A program made the position numbers and the translations under genes. The notes under the pieces were generated by a model that was not told the DNA's origin, did no database searches, and saw only the letters and a program-made list of their open reading frames with translations. This document shows, in pieces, positions 27,775 to 44,915 of a stretch of DNA of 64,000 nt. Positions within the stretch are counted from its first letter, which is position 1. Every line of letters begins with the position of its first letter. The stretch is from the NCBI RefSeq assembly GCF_009914755.1, contig NC_060935.1, one strand, 5' to 3'. This stretch comes from the human T2T-CHM13v2.0 reference genome, Homo sapiens.

Positions 27775-28650
27775 ATTCATTTATTTAGAGACAGAGTCTC
27801 ACTCTGTACCCCAGGCTAGAGCACAGTAGCACAATCTTGGTTCACTGCAGCCTCTGCCTCCTGGTGTGTCCAGAGTTGGTTCCTTCTGGTGGGTTCTTGG
27901 TCTCACTGACTTCAAGAATGAAGAAGCCAAAGAGGTTCCCCTTGAGTGTTATATAGCGCTTAAAGATGGTGTGTCCAGAGTTTGTTCCTCCAGATGGGTC
28001 CAGAATTTATTCCTTCTGGTGGGTTCATGGTCTTGCTGACTTCAAGATTGAAGCCACAGACCTCACTGCGAGTGTTACAGCTCTTAAAGGTGGTGTGGAC
28101 CCAAAGAGTGAGCAGCAGCAAGATTTACTGTGAAGAGTCAAAGAACAAACATTCCACAGCACAGAAGGAGACCAGAGCGGGTTGCCGTGGCTGGCTCTGG
28201 TGGCCAGTTTTTATTCTCTTATTTGGCCCCGCCCATGTCCTGCTGATTGGTCCATTTTACAGAGTGCTGATTGGTCCATTTTAAAGAGTGCTGATTGGTC
28301 CATTTTTACAGAATGCTGATTGGTGCATTTACAATCCTCTAGCTAGACACAGACTGCTGACTGATACATTTACAATCCTCTAGCTAGACAGAAAAGTTCA
28401 CGAAGTCCCCACCAGACTCAGAAGCTCAGCTGGCTTCACCTCTCACCAGGTTCAAGTGATTCTGGTGCCTCAGCCTCCCAAGAAGCTAGGATTACAGGGG
28501 CCTGCCACCACTCCTGGCTGATTTTTGTATTTTTAGGAGACACAGGGTTTCACCATATTGGCCAGGCTGGCCTTGAACTCCTGACCTCAAGTGATCCGCC
28601 TGCCTCAGCCTCCCAAAGTGCTGAGATTATAGGCGTGAGCCACTGCCTCA
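27775..28650 (-). mobile_element. Alu (J/S) interrupted by LTR12
   Basis: Alu stops at gcctcctgg (27864) and resumes at ccaggttcaag (28446). Confidence 0.9.
27865..28445 (-). mobile_element. ERV9 solo LTR (LTR12/LTR12F-like), 581 bp
   Basis: Minus strand TGAGAGGTGAAGCCAGCTG...CTCTGGACACA; tandem CCAATCAGCA repeats, GC box, AATAAA box; 4-bp TSD. Confidence 0.92.
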
Positions 28651-29861
28651 CTGCCTTAAATATGCTGGCCCCTACTGTGTATTTAAGCGTGGCTTTAAAT
28701 CAGTACAATTAGTAACTAAAGAAAGCTAAACAGTTTTTATATTCTAAAACAAGCTTTGATTAAAAACAAATAGTCTTACAGTAATATTTTAAATGTTTCC
28801 TGAAAATATAATGAAATAAGCATCCATAGTTGATTCTTAGAGCAATTATGAGGACACTGAGACCTGGCAACGTCACCCAGTGCACAGTAAAGCTGAGCTT
28901 CAATTGCCCATCACCTAATTGCAGGTCTAGTTCTCATTCCACTTCTAGATTGTGATGTTGATATTTCTAACTGTTCACCCCCTTCCAGTTTTCCTTTATG
29001 GTATTAATCTAAAATCTCAAGGCCTCTTGAATGTATGACATTGTTTTTCAATTATGAATCACTTAAAATCAGTGTTTTTGACTTCTATTTCTGAAGTGAA
29101 GAAATAGAATGGAGGATGCTGCTGTCACTATCCATTTCTAGAAAGCCTTTATTCAGTCTTTGTGTGCCTTTTACTAGTGGTTTATGTGCCTGGATGTTAG
29201 ACCAGCAATGTGGGGGCCACCCTCATGTGTGAGTCTCTAGCTTTCCTCCTGCTTCAGTTTGGCTATTTTGCTTTGATCAGTTTTGTAAATTCCATTTTGT
29301 ATTCTTTCGATAGAAGGGCCTATTGCAATAAAGTGAAAATCATTGCTCAGAAAATTCTCCACATTTTCTCTACCAATCCTTATTGCTTCCTTCCAACAAA
29401 GGACTTATATTACTCAAAGTGTGTCTCTACGTGCCTAGCCCTCTATCCTCAGAGAAAGAAATGCCATCTTCTCTAAAAGCTAACTTTTCCCTGGTATCTT
29501 GATCCCCAGTGTCTTCCTGGTTCCTTAGGACTTGTTCCCATAGCATTCCTCTCCATCTGATATGTCTCAAACAGTTACACTATAGACAAATTTTGTTGAG
29601 CTGATTGTTTGTTTTAAAAATCAGTACATTTCACTTACTCAAATCTGAATTTATATTTTCTTCTGAAAATTTACAGGATCTGTTAACCCTGGGCCCAGCA
29701 TTCTTGCAGGGCAGCAATCCACTGGAGCTGTGTCCTTTAGATGGGAATGCTCCTGTCAAGTTAGCCCAGCCCACTCATATAGTGCAGCACCTACTTGCTT
29801 TTATTAGGACCTCTTCACTTGCTTAAGTAATGGACTTGGCACTGATGACATTTAACTCTCT

Positions 29862-30166
29862 GCCGGGCACAGTGGTTCACACTTGTAATTCCAGCGCTTG
29901 AGAAGGCCAAAGTGGGAGGATGGCTTGAGCCCAGAAGTTCAAAAGACCAACCTGGGCAACATAGGGAGACCGTGTCTCTACAAATATAAAAAGTACAAAA
30001 ATCAGCCAGGCTTGATGGTGTGCACCTGTGGTCCCAGCCACTGGGGAGGCTGAGGTGGAGGATTGCTTAAGCCTGGGAGGTTGAGGCTGCAATGAGCCAC
30101 TGTCTCGTCACTGCGCTCCAGCCTGGGTAACAGAGTGAGACCCTGTCTCAAAAGAAAAAGAAAAAC
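29862..30166 (+). mobile_element. AluJ-like
   Basis: Full diverged Alu dimer. Confidence 0.92.
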
Positions 30167-30419
30167 AAGTTTGCAGTCTTTATTATCCTTTAAGGCCTCT
30201 TAGCCTTGCAGGACATCTAAAGAGAAATTCTATATTGTTTGCAAGCCATTTCAGAATATTTGTAAGACGCATAGAACATTTTAGTAATAGGATTTGCCTT
30301 ATTTTCAGTGAAATTTATTTCTTCTATTATGGTATATTTATAAATATTCTCCACTAATTTTGCTTTTGTCACATAACAAATATCTATAGATATGAATACT
30401 AAAACAATGTAAACTTCGG

Positions 30420-31431
<1,012 letters not shown>

Positions 31432-32243
31432 TAATTGCATATATATATATATCTCTGTCTCTCTCGAAAGCTGAACATCTAACCTTTTTATTTAACTGCT
31501 TTTTAAAGTTTTCAACCTACAAAATTTTATCTGTTGGTTCATGTGGAAGTTTACCTTCATTTAGCATGGTTCCAAGTGTTGAGTCGTTAATAGTGAGGAG
31601 ACATAAAGTACATTTTAAAGATCCTGTTGATGGAGAGTAAATATGTTGCAGCTTACTGCATTAATTGGAAAATAAGCCATCATAAAATCCCCCTACTCCT
31701 GTTTTCTCTTAAAAGTTCATTCTTGAAAATGTCATAGAACAAATAGGTGTGCTCGTTTAAGTTGGTGTGTACTAACTATCTCAGCAAATGATGAGTTAAA
31801 AATTTTGGGGTTTTTTTTGGCATTGCCTTCTTTCCATCACCCCTTCATGCACAGTGTTAAAACATTATTAATTGAATTTTCTCTTGGCACAATTACAAGA
31901 TGACTTTTGCAAGGAGGGCTTAATGTTATTTAAATCATCATTTTACATAGCAACATTGCCTCTGGGACTTTTATACAATGCAACTGCTTTGGTAGATGAA
32001 AGAAATCAAGTACTGCTGCACAGACTTTTAGGAGTGTTAATATATTTAAAAAGCAAGTAAAATGCCGATGTACTAGCTTGTGATCCAGTATGAATGGAAA
32101 ATAAGTCCATGGGAATGGTTACTTTTTCTTGAATAGAACAGAGTATCATGGGAATGTGAGCTATTTCTAATCTTTTTTTGTGAATGAGTTTTCTTTAGAT
32201 TAACAGATTTTCACCTGATTTGGGGGGAAAAGAAAAAGCTTTC

Positions 32244-32534
32244 AGCCAGGCATGGTGGCTCACCCCTGTAGTCTCAGCACCTTGGGAGGCCGAGGTAGGT
32301 AGATCGCTTGAGCCCAGGCGTTTGAGACCAGCCTGGGCAATATAGTGAGACCCCATCTCTACAAAAATACAAAAAAATAGCTGGGTGCGGTGGCACGTGC
32401 TTATAGTTTCAGCTGCTTGGGAGGCTGAGGCAGGAGGATCACTTGAACGTGAGAGGTGGAGGTTACAGTGAGCAGAGATTGCGCTACTGCACTCCATCCT
32501 GGGCAACAGTGAGACCCTGTCTCAAAACAAAAAA
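32244..32534 (+). mobile_element. AluJ-like
   Basis: Full diverged Alu dimer. Confidence 0.92.
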
Positions 32535-32667
32535 CTCCACAAACTTTCAAGCCATTTTGAAAATGTTCAGAAATTTCTTGAATATTTTATTAAGAACATT
32601 TTATCTTACTAGATTTGAAAAATATTTTGTGGTTTATTTATTCATTTTAAAAATAGAATTAAAAAAA

Positions 32668-32953
32668 TTTTTTTCAGAGATAAGGTCTTGCTTTGTCACC
32701 CAGGCTGGAGTGTAGTGGTGTGATCATAGCTCACTGTAACTTTAAACTCCTGGGCGCAAGCAGGTCTGCCTCAGCCACCCAAGTAGTTAGCACTACAGGT
32801 GCACACCACTATGCTAGCTAATCTTTAAATTTTTCATAGAGTTGGAATCTTGCTCTGTTGCCCAGGCTGCTCTCAAACTCCTGACCTCAGTGATCCTCCC
32901 ACCTTGGCCTCACAATATGCTGGAATTACAGGAGTGAGCCACTGTACCTGGCC
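32668..32953 (-). mobile_element. AluJ-like, followed by an L1MC 3'-end fragment (about 32955-33134)
   Basis: Reverse Alu dimer, then gagttcacagcaaattgaacagaaggt...gacacatcgttatcacctaaagttcatagt. Confidence 0.88.
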
Positions 32954-33623
32954 TAAAATCGACTTTGTTTCTTAGAGTAGTTTGAGTTCACAGCAAATTG
33001 AACAGAAGGTAAAGAGACTTCCCAAATACTCCGTGTCCCCATATGTATGCAGCCTCCCCTACTATAAAATTCCCACATCAGAGTGTTAGATTAGAACCTA
33101 TACTGACACATCGTTATCACCTAAAGTTCATAGTGCAGTGTAAATTTTTCATGGCCTTGGAAGGAATACATTTAAATCTCAAGTTTTTGTTGTATATACC
33201 ACCTACAAAATGTTTTTCCTAGATGTCTACATTTTGATTCCTTAGCTTATTTCTCTTTTGACTTTTTGAAAATGGAATAGAAAGTATATTTTTTGCTTTT
33301 TGCCCTTTTATGTTTTTAAGTTTAACATTAAATGTCTTTGGAAAATATATTTTACTCTATGCCTCTCTTTTCTGTTTCTGTTGTACATCGGGTATAGCCT
33401 GAAAGGGATCCAGGTAGATCCTAGGTCACATATGTGTATGCTTATAGAAACCAGGCTGGTGATAGGAATGATCTAAGTGGGCTGGGGTGAGGCAAAACTG
33501 AACACATGCCCCATGTAAAGGTGTCAGCTCTAGCTGTTACTACGCTGTAGGGCAAGCTCAGGGGTGCCACATTTTCCAATTTTTTTAAAGAATTTTTAAA
33601 GAAAACCAAGATGTTTTATGTAA

Positions 33624-33927
<304 letters not shown>

Positions 33928-34180
33928 AAGACTTTGTAATTTTACATCAGCCCTAATTGGAATGAAAGAAAACTGAGGGTCCAACAACCCATGGACCACT
34001 CTTTTCATTTATTTATCTTTATCAAGTCATTATTTCTATAACAATTAAATGTGCTAGAGACTCTTCGAAGAGGTTTATAGAAATCAACTCATTGAATCCT
34101 TGAAAACCCCTTTGAGATTGGTACTTATATTATTCTCATTTGAGACATGATCCAAGTAAGATACAGAGGGGTAAGAATTC

Positions 34181-34765
34181 CAAGGTAGGTGGAATTCTAA
34201 GATGTTCCCCAAGATTCTCACCTTCAGGTATATACACCCCATATGATTCCCTTCCCTTAAGTTTAGGTGGGACCTGTGAGCATCATGGATGCCATTCTTG
34301 TGATTGGTTACATTATATGGCAAAGGCAATGGGAGTTTATAGATATTATTAAGGTCCCTAATCAGTTGACTTTGAGTTAGCCAAGAAGGAGATTATCTCT
34401 GGTGGGCCTCACCCAATCAGGTGAGCACTCTAAAAGAGGGCCCAAGTGGAGACTTGAAGCAGGAGAAATCCTCATATTTTGACCTTGAAGAAGTAAACTG
34501 CCGTCCTGTGGGGAGGGTTATGTGACGGGGAATGGCAGGTGGTCTCTAAGAGCAGAGGGCCCCAGTCTTACAACTGCAAGAAACTGAGTTGTGAACAACC
34601 AGTGAACTTGAAAGTGGCGCCTGAGCCTTAGATGAAATCCTAGCCTGATGAGACCATGAACAGCGGAGTCAATTACATTACAGAAACAGAGAGATAATAC
34701 ATATATATTGTTCTAAACAGCCAAGTTCTGTGGTAATTGTGATGCAGCAGTGGAAAAGTAATACA
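34181..34765 (+). mobile_element. MLT1E-like MaLR solo LTR, apparently inside a MIR
   Basis: ggtaggtggaattctaagatgttccccaagatt...gtggtaattgtgatgcagcagtggaaaagtaataca. Confidence 0.8.
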
Positions 34766-35005
34766 TACTCCTAGGATCACATTGCTGATGAGCGACAGAT
34801 GCAGGTTTTGGATCCAGGTGCCCAACTACAGAGCGTGCTGTCGGGGATCATTTGGTGGCTCCTGATCCAGAGAACTCTTTGAACAAATAATTTTAAGAAT
34901 TTTTTTTTTAAGTTTCAACTCTTTTGTGAACACAAAGTTTATATTCCATTCTATGAAGTTCTGCTTTCTAAATCCACTTTTATTTGCAACTCAAATTTAT
35001 TTCTT

Positions 35006-38290
<3,285 letters not shown>

Positions 38291-39478
38291 TAAAAAGTAA
38301 TATATCTTCTGTATTGTGAACTAATTTTAATATTTATAATCTCTTAGGAATAAAATGTTAAACACTGAGCATTTTAGAATATGTATTTACTGAAAGCTTT
38401 TTGTGGTATTGTAGAAAGTTTATTTTCTTTGATTCAAATTTTTTAAAGATGATATAATATTTTAGAATTTGGCAGTTTAATTAATGAGGTTCATCTCAAA
38501 TATTTTGACCTTCAAAATTTATGGCTTGCCTTACATTTCAAAATCATGAGATAGAATTTATCTTTTATCACTTTGTCTTCATCTAGTTTCAAATATGTGG
38601 ATGTGAAATGAGACCTGCTTAAATTAGTGGAGAGGACATGGTGTGGAGTATAATCTACCAAGTGGGCAATAAAAATTCTAAGGAAAACATAATAGGCATT
38701 TATCAATTCTTCTTATAGGCATTAATTTGACTGATCCTAGTTACTAATTATTAAGGATTACTAAGATTCTGAAATTGCCTGAAATCCAGGCTTAAAAACA
38801 GTGTTCTATTTTGGAATGGGAAATAAACTTACAACATTGGTTTTATGCAACATGCTCTTTAAAATACCAAGAGCTGTTTCTGGACCATGATACTATGACC
38901 ATGGATTAGTCATTAGGAGACCCAGATTCATCTGTCTTCCTCTGTGAATCTTTGTGGCCCGAGATACCTTGCTGTCTATTGTACTTTGTGTAAAACAGGT
39001 GTGACTGAATTCACATCTGTGATTGAAGACTCTGTGTTCCACATAAGTGAGAAGATTGTTTTAAGGATCAAATGAGAATGTATTGGAGAACATTTTGAAT
39101 GTAAGGCGAGTTTAACTTTCAGTCTTTGCCTTTGCTGGTATAATATGTTCATTGCTTTAATGGGCCAAAATGAGAAATAAAACTGCCAGCTGCCCTGAAC
39201 AGTAGGCAAAATATTTTCCACATGATGCATTACCGCTTTCACATTGGGTAGGATGTTCAAGGAGAGTTACTGAATTTCGTTCATCTTACTACTGTTTATC
39301 ATCCTGGTATCTAGTACCTACTGATAAAGAAAACTTGGTTTCTTTTTTCATTTTTTATCCTAATTGGCTGCAGAATTATTGGTAATCCAGTGACATTTGC
39401 AAAATAATTTTGCTGACCTGTATATTTGAGATAGTCTCTGAGATTTCATGGGAAGTATTGGTAGCAGGATGCAGATGA

Positions 39479-39952
<474 letters not shown>

Positions 39953-41785
39953 TAAGCATACATCAATTAGGCTGCTCAGGATATCATCTCATATGTATTG
40001 TTTTTAGTCTTTCTAAGGAAAATGTTTAGAAGCTAGATAAAGATTATTAGAACGTGAGTTATCACCTGTCTTTACCATTGCCACTGGGATAAAATAGGTG
40101 ACCAGGGTTCACAAATACTCCAGAATGCTCTGGCTCAGCATGGTTCTTTAATGCATTACTCACATTCTTTTCTTTATGACTTCGTGCCTTTGGCTGTTGC
40201 CTGTGGTACATCTTTTGTCAAATTCTTCCTGCACCTTTCCCCAAGGTGACCTTAACTAGAATATATGTGGCCCTGCCTTGGATTATGATTTGTTTTACAT
40301 ACTTTATTTTTTATATATATTATAACAGATATGTATATTTTATAATAAAAATGCCATATCTTTGGCATGAGAAGGAATCCCAGAATCTGGGGCATATGTG
40401 CATGCAGACTAGTCGCACCTATAACTCCTTCTCCTCAAACTGTGTTTTTGGCTTTGGTGGTAACAAATATAAGCATTCTGCAGTTTCCCTGTTCTTATCT
40501 TGTCTTCCCCCCAACGCCTCCTCATAAGGTCTTGGTGACCTATAAAATTTCCTCTGAATTCACCAGCTTCACCTATTCTGTTGCTCTTAACTTTCCATGA
40601 TACAATCTCCTTCTCCAATACAATGAATTCTTCCTTTGATCTGTGCCCTTAACGCTATGTTTTTGATGCCTGATTAAAGAAATTATGGCATAGCTGTTCT
40701 ATGTAATATTATGCAAGGATGCTATGAAATCATTAAAAATGTTTGTCTGTATATGCTGACATGGAAGGTCATCTTTAGTGAAAAAAAAGCAAGTTGCAGA
40801 ATAGCATTTTTAGAGAAAGTCTGGTCTGTCTTTTGTTTTAAAAAAAGAATACACCACATTCACACAAATGCCAAACTCATGAACCAATTCTGTTTGTAGA
40901 TAACATGTAGATACACATCAAAAAAGATCTGCAAGATAACAGCCCAGACCTTTCACTGTGGCTATCTCTGGGCAGTAAGAAAACCAAAAATGCTTATTAT
41001 TTGAGTGTCATGGACCTTCTTGTGAATTCAAATGGTAAAACGTTTATTCCTACAAAAATAAATATATATACATATATATACACACACACACAGAATATTT
41101 TGCCAACAATTTTAGGGAGTTTAGGAAGTTTCCTTACTGTCCAAATCATTCCCCTGAATTTTAAAAATGAAATTTTATTGTATATTAAGTGTAATTAACT
41201 AATGCTTTTTAAGGCCAAATTTGTGTTCTGTTAGTCACATATTTATAAGCTGTATATGTACTTTATAGTTATTGGATCCTTCAGACAATCAGTATTTGGA
41301 AACATAATTTTACTATTTTAAATTATTCCAGAGACTAATGGTATTATATGTGTGTATGTTACAGTTATTAGGTTTAACTCTGATTGATTTAATAACAAAT
41401 TCCAATTATAAAATTGTTTCTGTGGGCACATATGATCTACTTTTCAATATGCATTTGATACACTTTCTGGGAATGCTTTAGGCAAAGCGTGGAGTTGCTT
41501 ATATATCATTAGCATGAAACTTAGTAAGTATTAATAACTGAGAACTCGTTTTGCCCCTACAAAGCTCACATATTTATTTAGACCCTTTATCCACCAAGTG
41601 AAGGTCACAAATAAAGCTATCTCTTCTCAAATCAAGGCTTAAATTAGAGCATTTAATCAGCCTGTATTATGCAGCATAGATGTCAAAGATACTTGAAGGG
41701 ATTTCCACTATCCAGCTTGAAGGGATGCTATCTAACCAAACCTGGATAAATTGAGCATTAAAATTAAAAGGATGGAAACAAATTA

Positions 41786-42104
<319 letters not shown>

Positions 42105-42812
42105 ATAGGAAAGCATGAGCCCATTGTAATTATGATAAGTAAATGAATGAAATGAAATTTTTACAAGGAATGGGATTTAATGTAGTCTTAAAGTATCTTC
42201 CTACAGAATACAAAAACTTGCAAATTAAAAAGGAAATAATAGTAACTTTTATAGTGGAGGAAACTGGCAGACACTACCTTAATAAGAGACAAAAGTTATC
42301 ATCATCAGTACTGGGACAAATCAAAATGATGTGCCACCTGATGGGATGCAGTGAGAAACACAGCATCACTTCTGTGATATTCTGGCCAAAAGTGCATATC
42401 CTGAATCTAATCATGAGGAAGCATACAAACCTAAGTTGAGGGACATTCTACAAAGTAATTGGCCTGTAATAATCAATGTATCAAGGATATGAAGGTCAAG
42501 GACAGGGCAGAAAGACTGTTCCAGATTGAAGGAGGCTAACCAGAATGGTAGCTAAATGCATTGGGTGATTCTGACTTGGATCCTTTTGCAGTAAAGGATA
42601 TTGTTGGGACAACTAGTAAAAATTGACAGGCTCTGAGGATTAGAAGATAGTAATTATTCATCAATAGTAATTATTCCTCAATGTTAATTTCTTGATTTCG
42701 ATGGTTACATCATTTAGGAGACTGCAGTAAGTACATACTAAGGCAGCATTCTCAAACTTTTTAGTCTCAGAGCCCTTTTTACTCTTAAATATTATTGAGG
42801 ACTCCAAAGAGC

Positions 42813-43168
42813 TTTTTTTTTTTTTTTACTTTTTTTTTTAAATTATACTTTAAGTTCTGGGATACACGTGCAGAACATGCAAGTTTGTTACATAGGTATA
42901 CACGTGCCATGGTGGTTTGTTCCACCCATCAACTCGTAATCTACATTAGGTATTTCTCCTAATGCTATCCCTCTGCTTGCCACCCACACCCTGAACAGGC
43001 CCTGGTGTGTGATGCGCCCTTCCCTGTGTCCATGTGTTCTCATTCTCATTGTTCAACTCCCACTTATGAGTGAGAGCATGCGGTGTTTGGTTTTCTGTTC
43101 TTGTGTTAGTTTGCTGAGAATGATGGTTTCCAGCGTCATCCATGTCCCTGCAAAGGACATGAACACAT
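42813..43168 (-). mobile_element. Short L1PA (PA6-8-like) 3' end
   Basis: Poly-T and attatactttaagttctgggatac; TSD CCAAAGAGC(T/G)TTT. Confidence 0.88.
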
Positions 43169-43406
43169 CCCCAAAGAGCGTTTGTTTACATAGGATACCA
43201 CTATCAATGTTTATCACATTATAAATTGAAACTGAGAAACTTAAAAAATAATTATTTAACTCACTTAAAAATAATAACAGTAAACCCTTTACATGTTAAC
43301 ACTACACATTTTGAGGGAAAATAACTATATATTCTGAAACAAAACAAAATATAGTGAGAACAACCACATCATTTTACATTTACAAAATCTCTTTAATATC
43401 TGGCAT

Positions 43407-43716
43407 TGTAGCAGGATGAGCCACAGACAAAACTCCTCAGACACCGGATTAAAGAAGGAAGAGGATTTATTCGGCCAGGAGCATCAGCAGACTTGCGTCT
43501 TAAGAGCTGAGCTCCCTCAAAAAGAAATTCTTGGCCCTTTTAAGGGCTTACAACTCCTAAGGGGTCCACATGAAAGAGTCATGATAGATCGAGTAAGCAT
43601 GGGAAACGTTACTGGGGGCTACATGCATAAGCTAACAGAACAGAAAGTTTTGCAATGCTTTTTCATACAATGTCTGGAATTTACAGATAACACAAGTAGT
43701 TTAGGTCAGGGATTGA

Positions 43717-43762
<46 letters not shown>

Positions 43763-43913
43763 TTAACTGCCAGGGCCAGATGGTGACACCAGGCCATCTG
43801 GCTATTTATCTTCTTTTTAACTTTTTGCTTTTTTCTTTTCCTCCTGAATTATAAACTAGACAAGGGCAGGTGGGGGTGGGGGGCAGCAGGAGAAATGGTG
43901 GTCTCCTTCCTTA
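43407..43913 (-). mobile_element. LTR2B (HERV-E/Harlequin) 3' LTR
   Basis: Minus strand TAAGGAAGGAGACCACC...GAGTTTTGTCTGTGGCTCATCCTGCTACA, preceded by the polypurine tract AAGGGGGGAA. Confidence 0.9.
43717..43761. repeat. (TAT)15 microsatellite inside LTR2B
   Basis: Read directly from the sequence. Confidence 0.92.
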
Positions 43914-43938
43914 TTCCCCCCTTGGAGAATTTCACTTA

Positions 43939-44915
43939 TTAGTTGAAGTTCTCACTTTTATTTTTACTTTCTGAGTCTCTTTGTGAGACAGAGTGATAGT
44001 GATTCATGTAATACACTTGTGCTGAAGTTTTCTGATGAACCAGGGTGGCAACAAAACCTTTTATCATTTGAAGGAGCAAGGGTAATACGCAGGGGAGCAG
44101 CAAGCAAGTTCTTATTACTAGCAGTATACTTACAATGAGGGTTTTAAATCTTCTTATAGCTGGAAACTATTTTTCTAAATAAAGACTTAGGATTAAACCT
44201 GTGCTAAACCTGTACAGACACATGTGCCAACTTTATCATGTTCTAAGCAGGTTTGTTCTTTTACTGGGTCTTAAAAGCCTTTTTTTAGTGAGCAGCATAG
44301 TATTTCTTAATAACAGAACTTTTTAAACGCCAGACACTGGAACTTGTGAGCATCTGTTTGGGGAAAGAGTCAGTTAAATTAAAGTTATCTTGAGGCATTA
44401 ACTTTTTTGCTTCTTAAGGCTATTGGTCTCTCATGTTAGCTTTTCTATAAACATAACATGAGGAAATGCTTAGGCTGCTGACAGTGTTTTCAGCCAGCTA
44501 AGTAAACAGGGTTTTTTTTTTTGCTAAATGAGGAGGCTCTGGTAACTTCTGGTTTATATGCTTAAAGAATGACTTAAAGACTCAGAATTGTTGCTGGGCC
44601 AGACAGGTTCGGGTTACTTGACCAAGTAGTGTGTGTACAGTGGGGACATCTTTCTATAGGTGTTTCTTCTAGCATGGTTAAGGGGGATAACAACAACAAA
44701 ACAATATACAGCATATTCATATCTAGCAAGGACAAAAGAGGTCCTTACCTGGGAAAAAGGTTGAATACAGCGACAGAACAATAGGAAAACAGTTAATATT
44801 ACATGAAAACTATTAGTCTTAAGATTTTTAACTACATTTACTTGCTTGATGAGTCCTCAAGCTTTGGCTGTGCATAGACTAGTCAGCTTCCAGGATGTGA
44901 CTAGAGCAGAGCTTG
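43939..44915 (-). pseudogene. Internally deleted, hypermutated Harlequin/HERV-E/ERV3-like env with a short upstream internal stub
   Basis: Manual translation: [36 protein letters not shown] ... LAENTVSSLSISSCYVYRKANMRDQ*P*EAKKLMPQDNF ... KLAHVSVQV*HRFNPKSLFRK*FPAIRRFKTLIVSILLVIRTCLLLPCVLPLLLQMIKGFVATLVHQKTSAQVYYMNHY (one 1-bp frameshift). Confidence 0.88.

Noticed and set aside
28240-28390. Regularly spaced 24-bp repeats resembling a CRISPR-like array
   Set aside because: Tandem U3 enhancer repeats of LTR12 with no unique spacers; eukaryotic context.
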